Origin: Alphaproteobacteria bacterium
GTDB taxonomy: Bacteria; Pseudomonadota; Alphaproteobacteria; SP197
Length of the DNA stretch: 64,000 nucleotides
Direction of reading: 5' to 3'
Assembly: GCA_965228895.1 (NCBI GenBank)
Contig: OZ245842.1
Location: 96,001-160,000, forward strand
Part shown: one piece after another, positions 55,322 to 64,000 of the stretch
Layout of the letters: every line of letters begins with the position of its first letter
How positions within the stretch are numbered: the stretch's first letter is position 1
Position numbers and translations under genes: made by a program
Notes under the pieces: generated by a model
What the model saw: only the letters and a program-made list of their open reading frames with translations
Told to the model about the DNA's origin: nothing
Database searches by the model: none

Positions 55322-55378
55322 GGCACCGCCTCCCAGGGCGTGCTGCGTTGGGGTGGCGACCGTTACAGGGCGTCAGGC

Positions 55379-55412
55379 AAAAAACAAGGCGCCCGCCGGG
55401 TGGCGGGCGCCT
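55379..55412 (-). terminator. Rho-independent terminator of the atp F0 operon
   Basis: Minus strand AGGCGCCCGCC-ACCC-GGCGGGCGCCT followed by TGTTTTTT. Confidence 0.85.
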
Positions 55413-55448
55413 CGAAGGTGAACGGTTGCCCCCGCTCGATAACGGTGT

Positions 55449-55931
55449 CTAGTGCAGGCGGTCCTCGACGTCGCCGATGGCGCTGTCGATCAGTTCGGCC
55501 TGTTTGCCTTCGTCGATCTTGTCGGTCAGCAGCTTGCGGGTCGCCTTCAGCGCCAGATCGGTGGCCGCGGCGCGGACGTGACGGACCGCGTCGTGCTCGG
55601 CCTGGGCGATACGCTCCATGGCGAGCTGACGCCGGCGCTCGAGCGCCGCTTCCAGGGCCTCCGCAGCATGCTTGGCATGGCGTTCGGCCTCTGCCTCGGC
55701 ATGCTCGATCAGCGCGGTGGCTTCTTTCTCGGCTTCGCGCTGTTTGCGTTCGTAGGAGGCCAAGAGATCCTGGGCCTCCTCGCGCAAGCGCCGTGCCTCG
55801 TCAAGCTCGCTGCGAATGCGGTCGCTGCGGCCGTCTAGGCCACCGAAGATCAGCTTGGTGAGCGGCCGCCACAGAATGCCGATCGCAACAAAGAACGCCA
55901 GCGCGACCCAGAAGGTTTCGTCGAACACCAT
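55449..55931 (-). CDS. atpF: ATP synthase F0 subunit b
   Basis: FWVALAFF TM anchor, LDGRSDRIRSELDEA and a coiled coil. Confidence 0.92.
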   Translation of the reverse strand: MVFDETFWVALAFFVAIGILWRPLTKLIFGGLDGRSDRIRSELDEARRLREEAQDLLASYERKQREAEKEATALIEHAEAEAERHAKHAAEALEAALERRRQLAMERIAQAEHDAVRHVRAAATDLALKATRKLLTDKIDEGKQAELIDSAIGDVEDRLH

Positions 55932-55934
55932 GGA

Positions 55935-56420
55935 CTAGCCTCCTCGCGCCGCGTTGATGGCGCGGGCGACTTCCTCGTCGGATGCATCGATGCCGATCAG
56001 CTTGCGTGTCGCGTCGCGGGCCGCGTCGGCAGCAATGTCGCGCAGGTTCGCCATGGCATCCTCCTGGGCCTGGGCAACGGTCGCCGCCGCTGCCGAGGCT
56101 TCCTTGGAGAGATGCTCGTCCAGCTCCGCGTGACGTTTGGCTGCTTCGGCACTGGCCGCCTCGCTCGCCTTGCCGACGATCGCATGGGCGTTATCCCGGG
56201 CGCTCTGCATGGACGCGTCATAGGCCGTCAGGGCCTCTTCGGCATCGACCCTGGCCTTGTCGGCCGCCTCCAGATCGCTTTCGACCTTTTCCTTGCGCGC
56301 CGCCAGCACGGCACCGATGCGCGGCAACGCGACTCGCGACATCACGATGTAGAGCACGATGAACGTGATCGCGAGCCACACCAGTTGGGGCAGGAAATGT
56401 TCGAAGTCTAATTGCGGCAT
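55935..56420 (-). CDS. ATP synthase F0 subunit b'
   Basis: MPQLD...QLVWLAITFIVLY...LPRI. Confidence 0.92.
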   Translation of the reverse strand: MPQLDFEHFLPQLVWLAITFIVLYIVMSRVALPRIGAVLAARKEKVESDLEAADKARVDAEEALTAYDASMQSARDNAHAIVGKASEAASAEAAKRHAELDEHLSKEASAAAATVAQAQEDAMANLRDIAADAARDATRKLIGIDASDEEVARAINAARGG

Positions 56421-56442
56421 GAGCCCTCGTCCTATTCGTGAG

Positions 56443-56477
56443 TGCCGGTCTGCTCGCTTTTCGAGAACAGACCGGCA
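56443..56477. promoter_or_regulatory. Intercistronic hairpin downstream of atpE
   Basis: TGCCGGTCTG (56443-56452) and CAGACCGGCA (56468-56477), with an inner CTCG/CGAG pairing. Confidence 0.6.
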
Positions 56478-56483
56478 GGCAAC

Positions 56484-56711
56484 CTAGAATACGAACAGAA
56501 TGAGAAGCGCGATCAGCAGCGCGTAGAGCGCCACGGCTTCAACCAGCGCGAAGCCGATCCACATGAAGCCCTGAACGTTAGGCGCAGCGGCCGGATTGCG
56601 GCCGACCGACGAAATCATCGACGAGAAGATGTTGCCGATACCGACACCAACTCCGCCCAGACCGATAACGGCCAGGCCTGCGCCAATCAGCTTTGCGGCT
56701 TCGACTTCCAT
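56484..56711 (-). CDS. atpE: ATP synthase F0 subunit c
   Basis: GxGxGxG, RNP loop and carboxylate in ALVEA. Confidence 0.96.
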   Translation of the reverse strand: MEVEAAKLIGAGLAVIGLGGVGVGIGNIFSSMISSVGRNPAAAPNVQGFMWIGFALVEAVALYALLIALLILFVF

Positions 56712-56768
56712 GGTGAGGTCCTTTCCTATTCCTAGAAGCGGTTGTGACGGGGGCTCGCGGCCACCCGG

Positions 56769-57530
56769 TTAATGCATATGAATCGCGTCGTGCAGGTAAA
56801 TGCAGCTCAAGACCGCAAAGACATAGGCCTGCAGGAACGCGATGGCGAACTCGAGAACGGTCAGTCCGACGACGACCGAGAACGGGATGACGCCGGGCAC
56901 GACATAAAAGGCGCCCAGCGACAGGATGAAGCCGGCAAACACCTTCAGCATGGTGTGGCCCGCCGTCAGGTTGGCGAACAGGCGCAAACCCAGGCTGACC
57001 GGCCGGATCAGATAGGACAGAACCTCGATCGGGATGACCAACGGCGCCAGAAAACCCGGCACGCCTGTCGGCAGGAAGAACCCGAAGAAACCAAAACCAT
57101 GTTTGACGAAACCGATGATGGTCACGCCGATAAAGACGACCAGCGCCAAGCCGAAGGTGACGATGATCTGGCTGGTGACGGTGAAGCTGTACGGCAGCAT
57201 GCCCAGCATGTTGCAGAACAGGATGAACATGAAGAGTGTGAAAACAAACGGAAAATAGGGTTTGCCTTCGTTGCCCACATTGTCGCGGACCATGTTCCCG
57301 ACAAACTCGTAGGCGACCTCGGCCAGCGATTGCCATCGCCCAGGCACCAGTTCGCGCCGGCGTATGGTGAGCGTCGTGAACAGGATGATCAGCACGACCG
57401 CGGCCACCATATAGGCCGCCGAATTCGTGAAGGATACCGTCACATCGCCGATGTGGATGGGTACCCAGTGCTCAACCTGGAACTGGTGAAGCGGATCCGT
57501 TCCGCCTTCGCCATGTGCGTCCGTCGCCAA
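56769..57530 (-). CDS. atpB: ATP synthase F0 subunit a
   Basis: DPLHQF, PGRWQ, RPVSLGLRLFAN and LQAYVF. Confidence 0.96.
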   Translation of the reverse strand: MATDAHGEGGTDPLHQFQVEHWVPIHIGDVTVSFTNSAAYMVAAVVLIILFTTLTIRRRELVPGRWQSLAEVAYEFVGNMVRDNVGNEGKPYFPFVFTLFMFILFCNMLGMLPYSFTVTSQIIVTFGLALVVFIGVTIIGFVKHGFGFFGFFLPTGVPGFLAPLVIPIEVLSYLIRPVSLGLRLFANLTAGHTMLKVFAGFILSLGAFYVVPGVIPFSVVVGLTVLEFAIAFLQAYVFAVLSCIYLHDAIHMH

Positions 57531-57542
57531 ATCGACCCCCGT

Positions 57543-57905
57543 TTACGCGGTGTTGTCGTTTCCCTCGTCCTGCTTCTTCTTATTCAGAAGATCGCCGTGG
57601 GTAAAGCCGCTGACCGCGCGGTACACATTCATAACGCCTGCCGCCATACCCATGACAAGCAGGATAATCATAAACAACGGCGCGACGCCCAAGAGACTGT
57701 CGAGCCACAGACCCAGGCCGACCGACACCGCAATTGCCGCGACCATCTCCATCGCCAGCCGAATGGCCATCCCGTAGCTCTTGCTGGCTGCCCGCTTCTG
57801 AGGATTGGGCCGTTCTGCCGCTTCGCCACGCTCCCGAGCTTCGTCGATGCGCTTTTGCAGCCGGGAAAGATCGGCCGGCCGTTTTGGATCACGCATGGGG
57901 ATCAC
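57543..57905 (-). CDS. atpI: AtpI/AtpZ family protein
   Basis: First gene of the F0 operon; GLWLD...PLFMI...GMAAGVMNVYR. Confidence 0.85.
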   Translation of the reverse strand: MIPMRDPKRPADLSRLQKRIDEARERGEAAERPNPQKRAASKSYGMAIRLAMEMVAAIAVSVGLGLWLDSLLGVAPLFMIILLVMGMAAGVMNVYRAVSGFTHGDLLNKKKQDEGNDNTA

Positions 57906-57970
57906 CGAAGGCCACGTCCGCCTCTCACCACCGCTTCTGGCAACGCCGAATCGGGCGATAAAGCGGCGGC

Positions 57971-57999
57971 ACCATACGGAGCGGTCCGAACCCTGTCAA
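57971..57999 (-). promoter_or_regulatory. Sigma70 promoter of the atp F0 operon
   Basis: TTGACA-17 nt-TATGGT. Confidence 0.75.
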
Positions 58000-58015
58000 G
58001 GACGGCTCGGACCTC

Positions 58016-58053
58016 AAGAAAAATAGAAAAAACTATTAAATATCAATCAGTTG
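58016..58053 (+). promoter_or_regulatory. IHF-type site with an upstream A-tract
   Basis: TATCAATCAGTTG (58041-58053) fits WATCAANNNNTTR and follows AAGAAAAATAGAAAAAACTATTAAA. Confidence 0.55.
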
Positions 58054-58058
58054 TGTAG

Positions 58059-61000
58059 TCAGCCTGTCGCCCGCAAGGCTTCGGCGGCGCTCAGGTCGAC
58101 CGACACCAACTGCGACACGCCGGGTTCGCTCATGGTGACGCCGAACAGACGGTCCATGCGCGCCATGGTCAGGCGGTGATGGGTGATGATCAAGAAGCGC
58201 GTCGTGCCCTCCGACGCGAACTCCTTCAAGAGGTCGCAGAAGCGGTCGACATTGGCATCGTCAAGCGGTGCGTCGACCTCGTCCAGCACACAGACCGGCG
58301 ACGGATTGGTCTGAAACAGGGCGAAGATCAGGGCCAGCGCGGTCAGCGCCTGCTCACCGCCGGATAGAAGCGAAAGGATCTGAAGCTTTTTGCCCGACGG
58401 GCTTGCTTCGATCTCCAGACCGGCTTCCAGCGGATCGTCGGAGTCGACCAGGGAGAGCCGGGCGTGACCGCCGAACAGACGTTTGTGCAGGGTCTGGAAG
58501 TGGCCGTCGATTTCGTTGAAGGCGGTAACCAGTCGCTCTCGGCCCTCGCGATTCAGCTCCTGGATGCCGCGCCTCAGCCGCGCGATGGCTTCTTCCAGGT
58601 CGTCTTTTTCGGACAGCATGACGCCGAGCTGCTCTTCGACTTCAGCAGCCTCGATCTCGGCGCGCAGGTTGACCGGACCCATGTTGTCGCGTTCGCGCAC
58701 GACCTTGGCGAAGCGCTGCTCCAGATCGTCGGCGTCCGGCAGGGTGTCGCGGTCCTTGATGGTTTCGCCGAGCGGTTCGGGCGCTGTTTCCAAACGTTCC
58801 TGGATTTGCCGGCGAATGTCGGATTCGGCCTGCTGGCCTTGCTGCACGGCGCCTTCGCGCCGGGCACGTTCTTCACGCGTATCGGCCAGACCGGCTTCGG
58901 TCTCGCGAAGCGCCTTGTCGGCTTCGCCTAACTGGTTCTCGCCCGCCGCACGCGCGTCGGCTGCCTGGCGGCGCACGTTTTCAGCCGTTTCCAGGCGTTC
59001 GACGAGGCCCTTGCGCTGCACGGCGAACTGCTCGGGGCGCGCCTCCAGGTCCTTTTTCTCGGTGGCCGCGCGATCACGGCGGGTCGCGAGATCGGCGATG
59101 CGCCGTTCGGCGCCATCGGCGCGGTCCGACCATGACGTGTGATCGGCGGCAATGGTGGAAAGTCGTGTCTCGCGGAATGTCGCGTCGCGGCGCAGGCGGT
59201 CGTGTTCTTCCTGGTACTCGGCGAGAACGCCGCGCTCGCGCTCCAGATCGTCGCTGAGCTGCTCCAGCTCCTCGCCGTCGTCTTCGACGGGGATCCCGGC
59301 CAGGGTGCTCTTGGCCGTCTCCAGGCCTTCGGCGACCTCGGCGCTGTCGTGGGCAATCCGCTCCGCGGTCTTGGCCAAGTCGGCGCGCCTGGCCTCGGCG
59401 GCCTGGCGCTGTCCTTCGACGTCGCGCCGCGCATCGCGGGCGCCTGCAAAGTCGTCGCCGCGGGCCGACACGGTCTGACGCGCTGCCTCCTCGCTCGCGG
59501 CGGCTTCGGATGCCTTGTTCGATGTATCCTCGTGGCGTGTCGCGCAGGCTTCGGCATTGGCTGCCGCCTGGGTGATCTCCCCGGCCAGGGCGTCCAACCG
59601 GTTGCGCTGCTCCAAGCGCGCCGAAGCCGACGATGCGGCACCGGCGGCGTGATAGCCATCCCACCGCCACAGGGCACCGTCGCGGGTAACCAGACGCTGA
59701 CCGGGTTTGAGGTCACCTGCCAGGGCCGCGCCACGGCCCGCGTCGATAACGCCGATCTGGTCCAATCGCCGCCGCAGTTCTGGCGGCCCCTCGACATGGC
59801 GCGACAGGGGCTCTGCGCCGCCGGGCAGCGCCGCCGGTGACGGGTAGGGATCAAGCCTGAGCCAGCCGATGGCACCGTCGGCGCCCGCCGGTACGTCCAG
59901 GTCGTCACCCAGGGCCGCCGCAAGCGCCGTCTCATAGCCGTGGGCGACACGCACCCGATCGACGATCGGATCGGGGGTGTCCGGGCGGCCGGCCAAGAGC
60001 GCGCTCAGTGCGTCGCGCTCCGCCTCAAGACGGGTCAACGCAGACTGTGCCTGCTGCAAGGCGTTGCGGGCCTCGTCTTCGTTGCGGCGCGCCTCGGCGC
60101 GGGCCTGTTCGGCCGTTTCCAGCGACGTACGCGCTTCGGTCAACTGCCGTTCCGCATCCGATTCCTCGCGGCGCAGCCGGTCGAGCGAATCGGTACCGTC
60201 GAGACCCAGGTTCAACTGATCGCGTTCGGTATCCACACCACTGGCCTGGCGCGTCAAACGTTCCAGTCGCTGGGTCAGGTCGGCGACCTGCCGTTCCGCG
60301 GCCTGTCGGCGCGCCTGGCGCGACGCCCGCTCGCCGGTCAGCGTCGTTACCTGTTGCTCGAGCGCACGGACCTTGCCGCGCGCGTCCTCGACCTCGGCGG
60401 CGGCCTCGGCCAATCGCTCGGCTTCGCCCTCGCGGGCGGTTTCCAGCTCGGTCTTCTCTGCTTCCAGGCGGGCCAATGCTTGGCGCGCATCCTCGGCCAG
60501 GGCCCGTTCGCGCTCGAGGTCATGGACCAACTGGGCCAGACGTTCCTCGATTTCGCGCTGTTGCTCGTTCAAGCGGCGTTCTTCGGCGTCAAGCGCGACG
60601 CGGGCGACTTCCAGTTCGTGCAGCGCTGCGCCGGCCTCGTTTTCGGCCTCGCGCAAGGCCGGCATACGTTCGGCGGCCGCCTCGCGTGCCGTGGTCGCGG
60701 CGGCGGTCCGGCCGGTCATCTCGGCGACGGCGGCTTCGGCCTGCTCCAGCTCGACCTGGGCGGCGGCGACAAAATCCTGGGTATCGCGCCAACGCTTGTA
60801 GAGCCAGCGACCTTCGGCTTCCTTGATGCGATCGCTCAGGCGCCGGTAGCGCGCGGCCTGTCGCGCCTGGCGCTGCAGGTTGGCGAGCTGGGTTTCCAGC
60901 CCCTGAATGACGTCGGCCAGCCGCTCCATGTTGGTTTCCGCCGCACGCAGCCGAAGCTCGGCCTCGTGGCGGCGCGACTGCAGACCGGAAATGCCCGCGG

Positions 61001-61499
61001 CCTCTTCCAACAGATGCCGCCGGCCGGCCGGTTTGGCGCGGATGAGGTCACTGATCTGGCCTTGGCTGACCAGGGCGGAGCTGCGGTTGCCCGAGGCAAT
61101 GTCCGCGAACAGCAGTTGCACGTCGCGGGCGCGGACCTCGTTGCCGTTGACCCGGTAGGTCGATCCGGAACTGCGCTCGATACGGCGGGATACCTGGATG
61201 TCGGGATTGTCGTTGTAGGCCGCCGGAGCACCGCGGTCTGCGTTGTCCAGAGTCAGAACAACCTCAGCGACATTGCGTCCCGGCCGCATCTCGGTGCCGG
61301 CGAAAATGACGTCGTCCATCTCGCCGCCGCGCATCTTCTTGGGCGAGTTTTCGCCCATGACCCAGCGGAGCGCCTCCAGAAGATTCGACTTGCCGCAACC
61401 GTTGGGGCCGACAACACCGGTCAGCCCGCCGGTAATCACCAGTTCGGTCGGATCAACGAATGATTTGAAACCGCTGAGGCGAAGGCGCGAAAAATGCAC
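58059..61499 (-). CDS. smc: Chromosome segregation protein SMC
   Basis: GFKSF, Walker A GPNGCGKSN, long coiled coils, LSGGE and LDEVDAPLD. Confidence 0.96.
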   Translation of the reverse strand: MHFSRLRLSGFKSFVDPTELVITGGLTGVVGPNGCGKSNLLEALRWVMGENSPKKMRGGEMDDVIFAGTEMRPGRNVAEVVLTLDNADRGAPAAYNDNPDIQVSRRIERSSGSTYRVNGNEVRARDVQLLFADIASGNRSSALVSQGQISDLIRAKPAGRRHLLEEAAGISGLQSRRHEAELRLRAAETNMERLADVIQGLETQLANLQRQARQAARYRRLSDRIKEAEGRWLYKRWRDTQDFVAAAQVELEQAEAAVAEMTGRTAAATTAREAAAERMPALREAENEAGAALHELEVARVALDAEERRLNEQQREIEERLAQLVHDLERERALAEDARQALARLEAEKTELETAREGEAERLAEAAAEVEDARGKVRALEQQVTTLTGERASRQARRQAAERQVADLTQRLERLTRQASGVDTERDQLNLGLDGTDSLDRLRREESDAERQLTEARTSLETAEQARAEARRNEDEARNALQQAQSALTRLEAERDALSALLAGRPDTPDPIVDRVRVAHGYETALAAALGDDLDVPAGADGAIGWLRLDPYPSPAALPGGAEPLSRHVEGPPELRRRLDQIGVIDAGRGAALAGDLKPGQRLVTRDGALWRWDGYHAAGAASSASARLEQRNRLDALAGEITQAAANAEACATRHEDTSNKASEAAASEEAARQTVSARGDDFAGARDARRDVEGQRQAAEARRADLAKTAERIAHDSAEVAEGLETAKSTLAGIPVEDDGEELEQLSDDLERERGVLAEYQEEHDRLRRDATFRETRLSTIAADHTSWSDRADGAERRIADLATRRDRAATEKKDLEARPEQFAVQRKGLVERLETAENVRRQAADARAAGENQLGEADKALRETEAGLADTREERARREGAVQQGQQAESDIRRQIQERLETAPEPLGETIKDRDTLPDADDLEQRFAKVVRERDNMGPVNLRAEIEAAEVEEQLGVMLSEKDDLEEAIARLRRGIQELNREGRERLVTAFNEIDGHFQTLHKRLFGGHARLSLVDSDDPLEAGLEIEASPSGKKLQILSLLSGGEQALTALALIFALFQTNPSPVCVLDEVDAPLDDANVDRFCDLLKEFASEGTTRFLIITHHRLTMARMDRLFGVTMSEPGVSQLVSVDLSAAEALRATG

Positions 61500-61536
61500 C
61501 CTAGGCCTCCCGGTTATGACATGACGAAATGATCAA

Positions 61537-62148
61537 TCAGCTCTCTGTCAGATAAGGCTCAAGGACAGTTTCAAACTCCTCGACCGACATGTGGCCTGGA
61601 TACTTGTCGCCGTTGATGATGAAGGTCGGCGTGGAGTTGATGTTGTAGGTCTGATCGCCCTCTAACCGAACGGCCAGGATGCCGTCAATCACCGATTGGT
61701 CTTGCAGGCATGAATCGACCATGGCCGGATCCAGCCCGCCCATGCGGACGAGTTTCTTGATCTCGGCAATCGAGTCCTGGGCGGTCGCCCAGGTCGCCTG
61801 GGTCTTGTACAGGACGTCGACGAAGGGGAAGAAACCATCATCGCCGATGCAACGCGCGATGGCCGAGGCAGTCAGCGCGACGCGGTCCAACGGAAACTCG
61901 CGAAACACCAGCTTCGCCTTGCCGGTATCCAGATAACGTTCCTTGATCGTCGGCAGGGTCTGGGTGTGGAAGGTGGCGCAATAGGGGCAGGTCATCGACG
62001 AATATTCGATGATCTCAACCGGGGCCTCGGGGTCGCCCAAGATCATGTCGGGCAGCGGCGCCACATCCTGGGCCCAAGCAAATTTGGCAGCCAGCGGGGT
62101 CACCGCGACAGCGGCCGCAGCGTGGATAACTTGTCGTCTTGTGATCAA
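61537..62148 (-). CDS. DsbA-family thioredoxin (Thioredoxin_4) with a twin-Arg-like leader
   Basis: LGDPEAPV, CPYC, REFPLD and STPTF. TTG 62148 follows GAGGA; the N-terminus reads ITRRQVI. Confidence 0.88.
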   Translation of the reverse strand: MITRRQVIHAAAAVAVTPLAAKFAWAQDVAPLPDMILGDPEAPVEIIEYSSMTCPYCATFHTQTLPTIKERYLDTGKAKLVFREFPLDRVALTASAIARCIGDDGFFPFVDVLYKTQATWATAQDSIAEIKKLVRMGGLDPAMVDSCLQDQSVIDGILAVRLEGDQTYNINSTPTFIINGDKYPGHMSVEEFETVLEPYLTES

Positions 62149-62218
62149 CTTCCGATCCTCGTTTTCCGTCGAGGTGGCGGGAGGGTTTTCCAAGTATAAG
62201 GGACGCGACTCCACCACC

Positions 62219-62716
62219 TCAAGTCTTGCCCTGTGGATGGGTTTGTGAACCCAGTATGGCGCGACCCAAGCGGTCCAGCGCCTGTTTCATCTCATCGTCT
62301 TCAACCGACGCCAGGCGTCCTTCGAGAGCCTCAACCTCGGACGCGTCGAGGTTGCGCGGCCGGCGTGGCCGTGGCAAAGGCGCGGGCGGCGGCACATGGC
62401 CCTGCACCAGGCGCAGACGCTTGACCGCCTGGTGACCGAAATAGGTCGCGATACGGTCGAGTACCTGGGGTTCCAGGTGCTGCAGTTCCAAGGCGAAGGC
62501 CGGTGTCACCTTGACCGTCAAGGTGCCGTCGCGGGTCAATTTCTCCGGCAAAGTGGCATCGGCCAGGCGTTCGCCCACCACGCGCGGCCACTCGGTCAGC
62601 ACTTCGGCGTTGGCAAAGCCATGGCGCCGGTAAAGCTTGCCGGCCGCCGATGGCAGCAGCGCACCGGCCCGCATGGGCCGGTTCCGGCGTCTATCTTTTG
62701 GTCGGCTCTTCTTCAT
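62219..62716 (-). CDS. DUF721 / DciA family protein
   Basis: RRHGFA...WPRVVG...PEKL...LTVKV...ALELQH...YFG; occupies the conserved position between mutY and dsbA. Confidence 0.85.
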   Translation of the reverse strand: MKKSRPKDRRRNRPMRAGALLPSAAGKLYRRHGFANAEVLTEWPRVVGERLADATLPEKLTRDGTLTVKVTPAFALELQHLEPQVLDRIATYFGHQAVKRLRLVQGHVPPPAPLPRPRRPRNLDASEVEALEGRLASVEDDEMKQALDRLGRAILGSQTHPQGKT

Positions 62717-62758
62717 GGTCTTGAGGCCAGCGTGATGACGTCGCAATGTGGCGAGGCC

Positions 62759-63811
62759 ATGGCATCTCCGTCAACGATTTCACCACAAACGCGCGATCTT
62801 TTGACCTGGTACGACCGCCACCGGCGGGTCCTACCGTGGCGCGCGGAACCGGGCGAAACAAACGATCCCTATGCGGTCTGGCTATCGGAGATCATGTTGC
62901 AACAGACCACCGTGGCGACCGTCGGGCCCTATTACCGGGCGTTTCTGGAGCGCTGGCCCGATGTCGCGGCACTGGCGATGGCGCCGCTCGATGACGTGCT
63001 CGCGATGTGGTCGGGGCTGGGCTATTACGCCCGCGCCCGCCGGCTGCACCAATGCGCCCGGCAGGTGGTCGAGGAGTACGCCGGGCGCTTCCCCGAGACC
63101 GAGGCCGAACTGCGCGACTTGCCGGGTATCGGCGCCTACACGGCGGCGGCCATCGCGGCCATTGCGTTCGGCGAGCGGGCCGTGGTGATCGACGGTAACG
63201 TGGAACGCGTGATCGCGCGGTTTTTTGCGGTCACCGACCCGTTGCCGCCGGCCAAGAAGACGATCCGCCGGCACGCCGATGGGTTAACGCCGCAAGAACG
63301 CGCCGGGGATTTCGCCCAGGCGATGATGGATCTGGGCGCCACCGTGTGCACACCACGCAATCCGGCCTGCGGCATCTGCCCCTGGCGCGATGCTTGCCGC
63401 GGGCGGCGCGAGGGTATTGCTGCCGACCTGCCGCGTTTCGTGCCCAAAAAACCACGGCCCCAGCGCCATGGCCTGGCGTTCTGGTTGGCGCGCGCCGACG
63501 GTGCGGTGCTGCTGCGCCGGCGGCCCGAAGAAGGCCTTCTGGGCGGCATGCTGGAGGTGCCGTCGACGCCATGGCGCGATGACGCCTGGTCGCTTGATGA
63601 AGCGCTTAGCCATGCGCCCGTGGCGGCCGATTGGCGGCTTCTGCCCGGCGTGGTGCGCCACGGGTTCACCCACTTTGCGCTCGATTTCCAGGTTGCCGCG
63701 GCTGAAGTCAGCGATGGCGACGGCGCTTGGTATCGGCCGGAGACCGATAAGGACCTGGCGCTGCCGACGATGACGCGCAAGATCATCCGCCACGCGCGAT
63801 CGCAGATCTAG
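62759..63811 (+). CDS. mutY: A/G-specific adenine glycosylase
   Basis: LPWR, VWLSEIMLQQT, WSGLGYYARA, LPGIGAYT, DGNVER and the Cys cluster CTPRNPACGICPWRDAC. Confidence 0.95.
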   Translation: MASPSTISPQTRDLLTWYDRHRRVLPWRAEPGETNDPYAVWLSEIMLQQTTVATVGPYYRAFLERWPDVAALAMAPLDDVLAMWSGLGYYARARRLHQCARQVVEEYAGRFPETEAELRDLPGIGAYTAAAIAAIAFGERAVVIDGNVERVIARFFAVTDPLPPAKKTIRRHADGLTPQERAGDFAQAMMDLGATVCTPRNPACGICPWRDACRGRREGIAADLPRFVPKKPRPQRHGLAFWLARADGAVLLRRRPEEGLLGGMLEVPSTPWRDDAWSLDEALSHAPVAADWRLLPGVVRHGFTHFALDFQVAAAEVSDGDGAWYRPETDKDLALPTMTRKIIRHARSQI

Positions 63812-63820
63812 TCGGCGCCG

Positions 63821-63883
63821 GCCCACTCCCCCGCCCGGCCACCCATGGCAGCATCCTCGGGGTGGCCGGGCGGGGGAGTGGGC
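63821..63883. repeat. Perfect 24-bp inverted repeat (REP-like hairpin, possible bidirectional terminator)
   Basis: GCCCACTCCCCCGCCCGGCCACCC-15 nt-GGGTGGCCGGGCGGGGGAGTGGGC. Confidence 0.85.
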
Positions 63884-63910
63884 TGGTGATGCCAACTGTT
63901 TGGAAAGAAT

Positions 63911-64000
63911 CTAGCCGGCGCCGGCCAGGAGCCGCGCGATCGGGGCGAACGAGCGCCGGTGATGGCAGGTAACGCCATGGTCGCGTAACGCCGCCTGGTG
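63911..64000 (-). CDS. rnhB: Ribonuclease HII, C-terminal fragment (5' part outside the window)
   Basis: Manual translation HQAALRDHGVTCHHRRSFAPIARLLAGAG*; HRRSFAP is the typical RNase HII C-terminus. Confidence 0.8.
   Translation of the reverse strand, partial: HQAALRDHGVTCHHRRSFAPIARLLAGAG

Noticed and set aside
56484-56711. Na+-translocating ATP synthase
   Set aside because: The c subunit has E-A-V rather than E-S/T and lacks the helix-1 Gln/Glu ligand, consistent with an ordinary H+ type.
58059-61499. SMC as part of a Wadjet/Lamassu-type defence system
   Set aside because: It is a canonical housekeeping smc in its conserved alphaproteobacterial context, with host-like composition and no jet or lmu partners.

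Overview
GC-rich alphaproteobacterial chromosome segment, with gene order and intergenic repeats resembling Rhodospirillales-type lineages (inference). Most of the window is core housekeeping: DUF374/msbA/cysQ-like/pmbA, leuA with a leucine leader, ubiD, speB, ubiA, rsmE, gshA and tldD. It also holds an aa3 cytochrome c oxidase super-operon (coxB-coxA-ctaB-coxF-like-ctaG-coxC-DUF983-surf1-M32-thrC-M16-rimJ), ispH-thrB-rnhA, a tandem glycine riboswitch with gcvT-H-PA-PB, the F0 ATP synthase operon, smc-dsbA-DUF721, mutY and the 3' end of rnhB. The main non-routine parts are: (1) a ~3.3 kb AT-rich island (about 6990-10280) with a HEPN-like R-X4-H protein, a small coiled-coil ORF and a DUF4062 (NDT/TIR-like) protein with a helical C-terminus, a candidate anti-phage module; (2) a tandem, apparently duplicated leuA leader; (3) four Rid-family genes that all lack the catalytic Arg, including a single-chain triple-Rid protein inside a hydrolase/oxidoreductase cluster; (4) a stand-alone HisA paralog with altered catalytic residues; (5) three copies of a modular CTAG-ended palindromic repeat plus two other REP types; (6) a REP hairpin at the rnhB-mutY junction where ccrM usually lies. 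No tRNA, rRNA, CRISPR array, integrase or transposase was seen. All functional calls come from motif recognition by eye; no searches were run.
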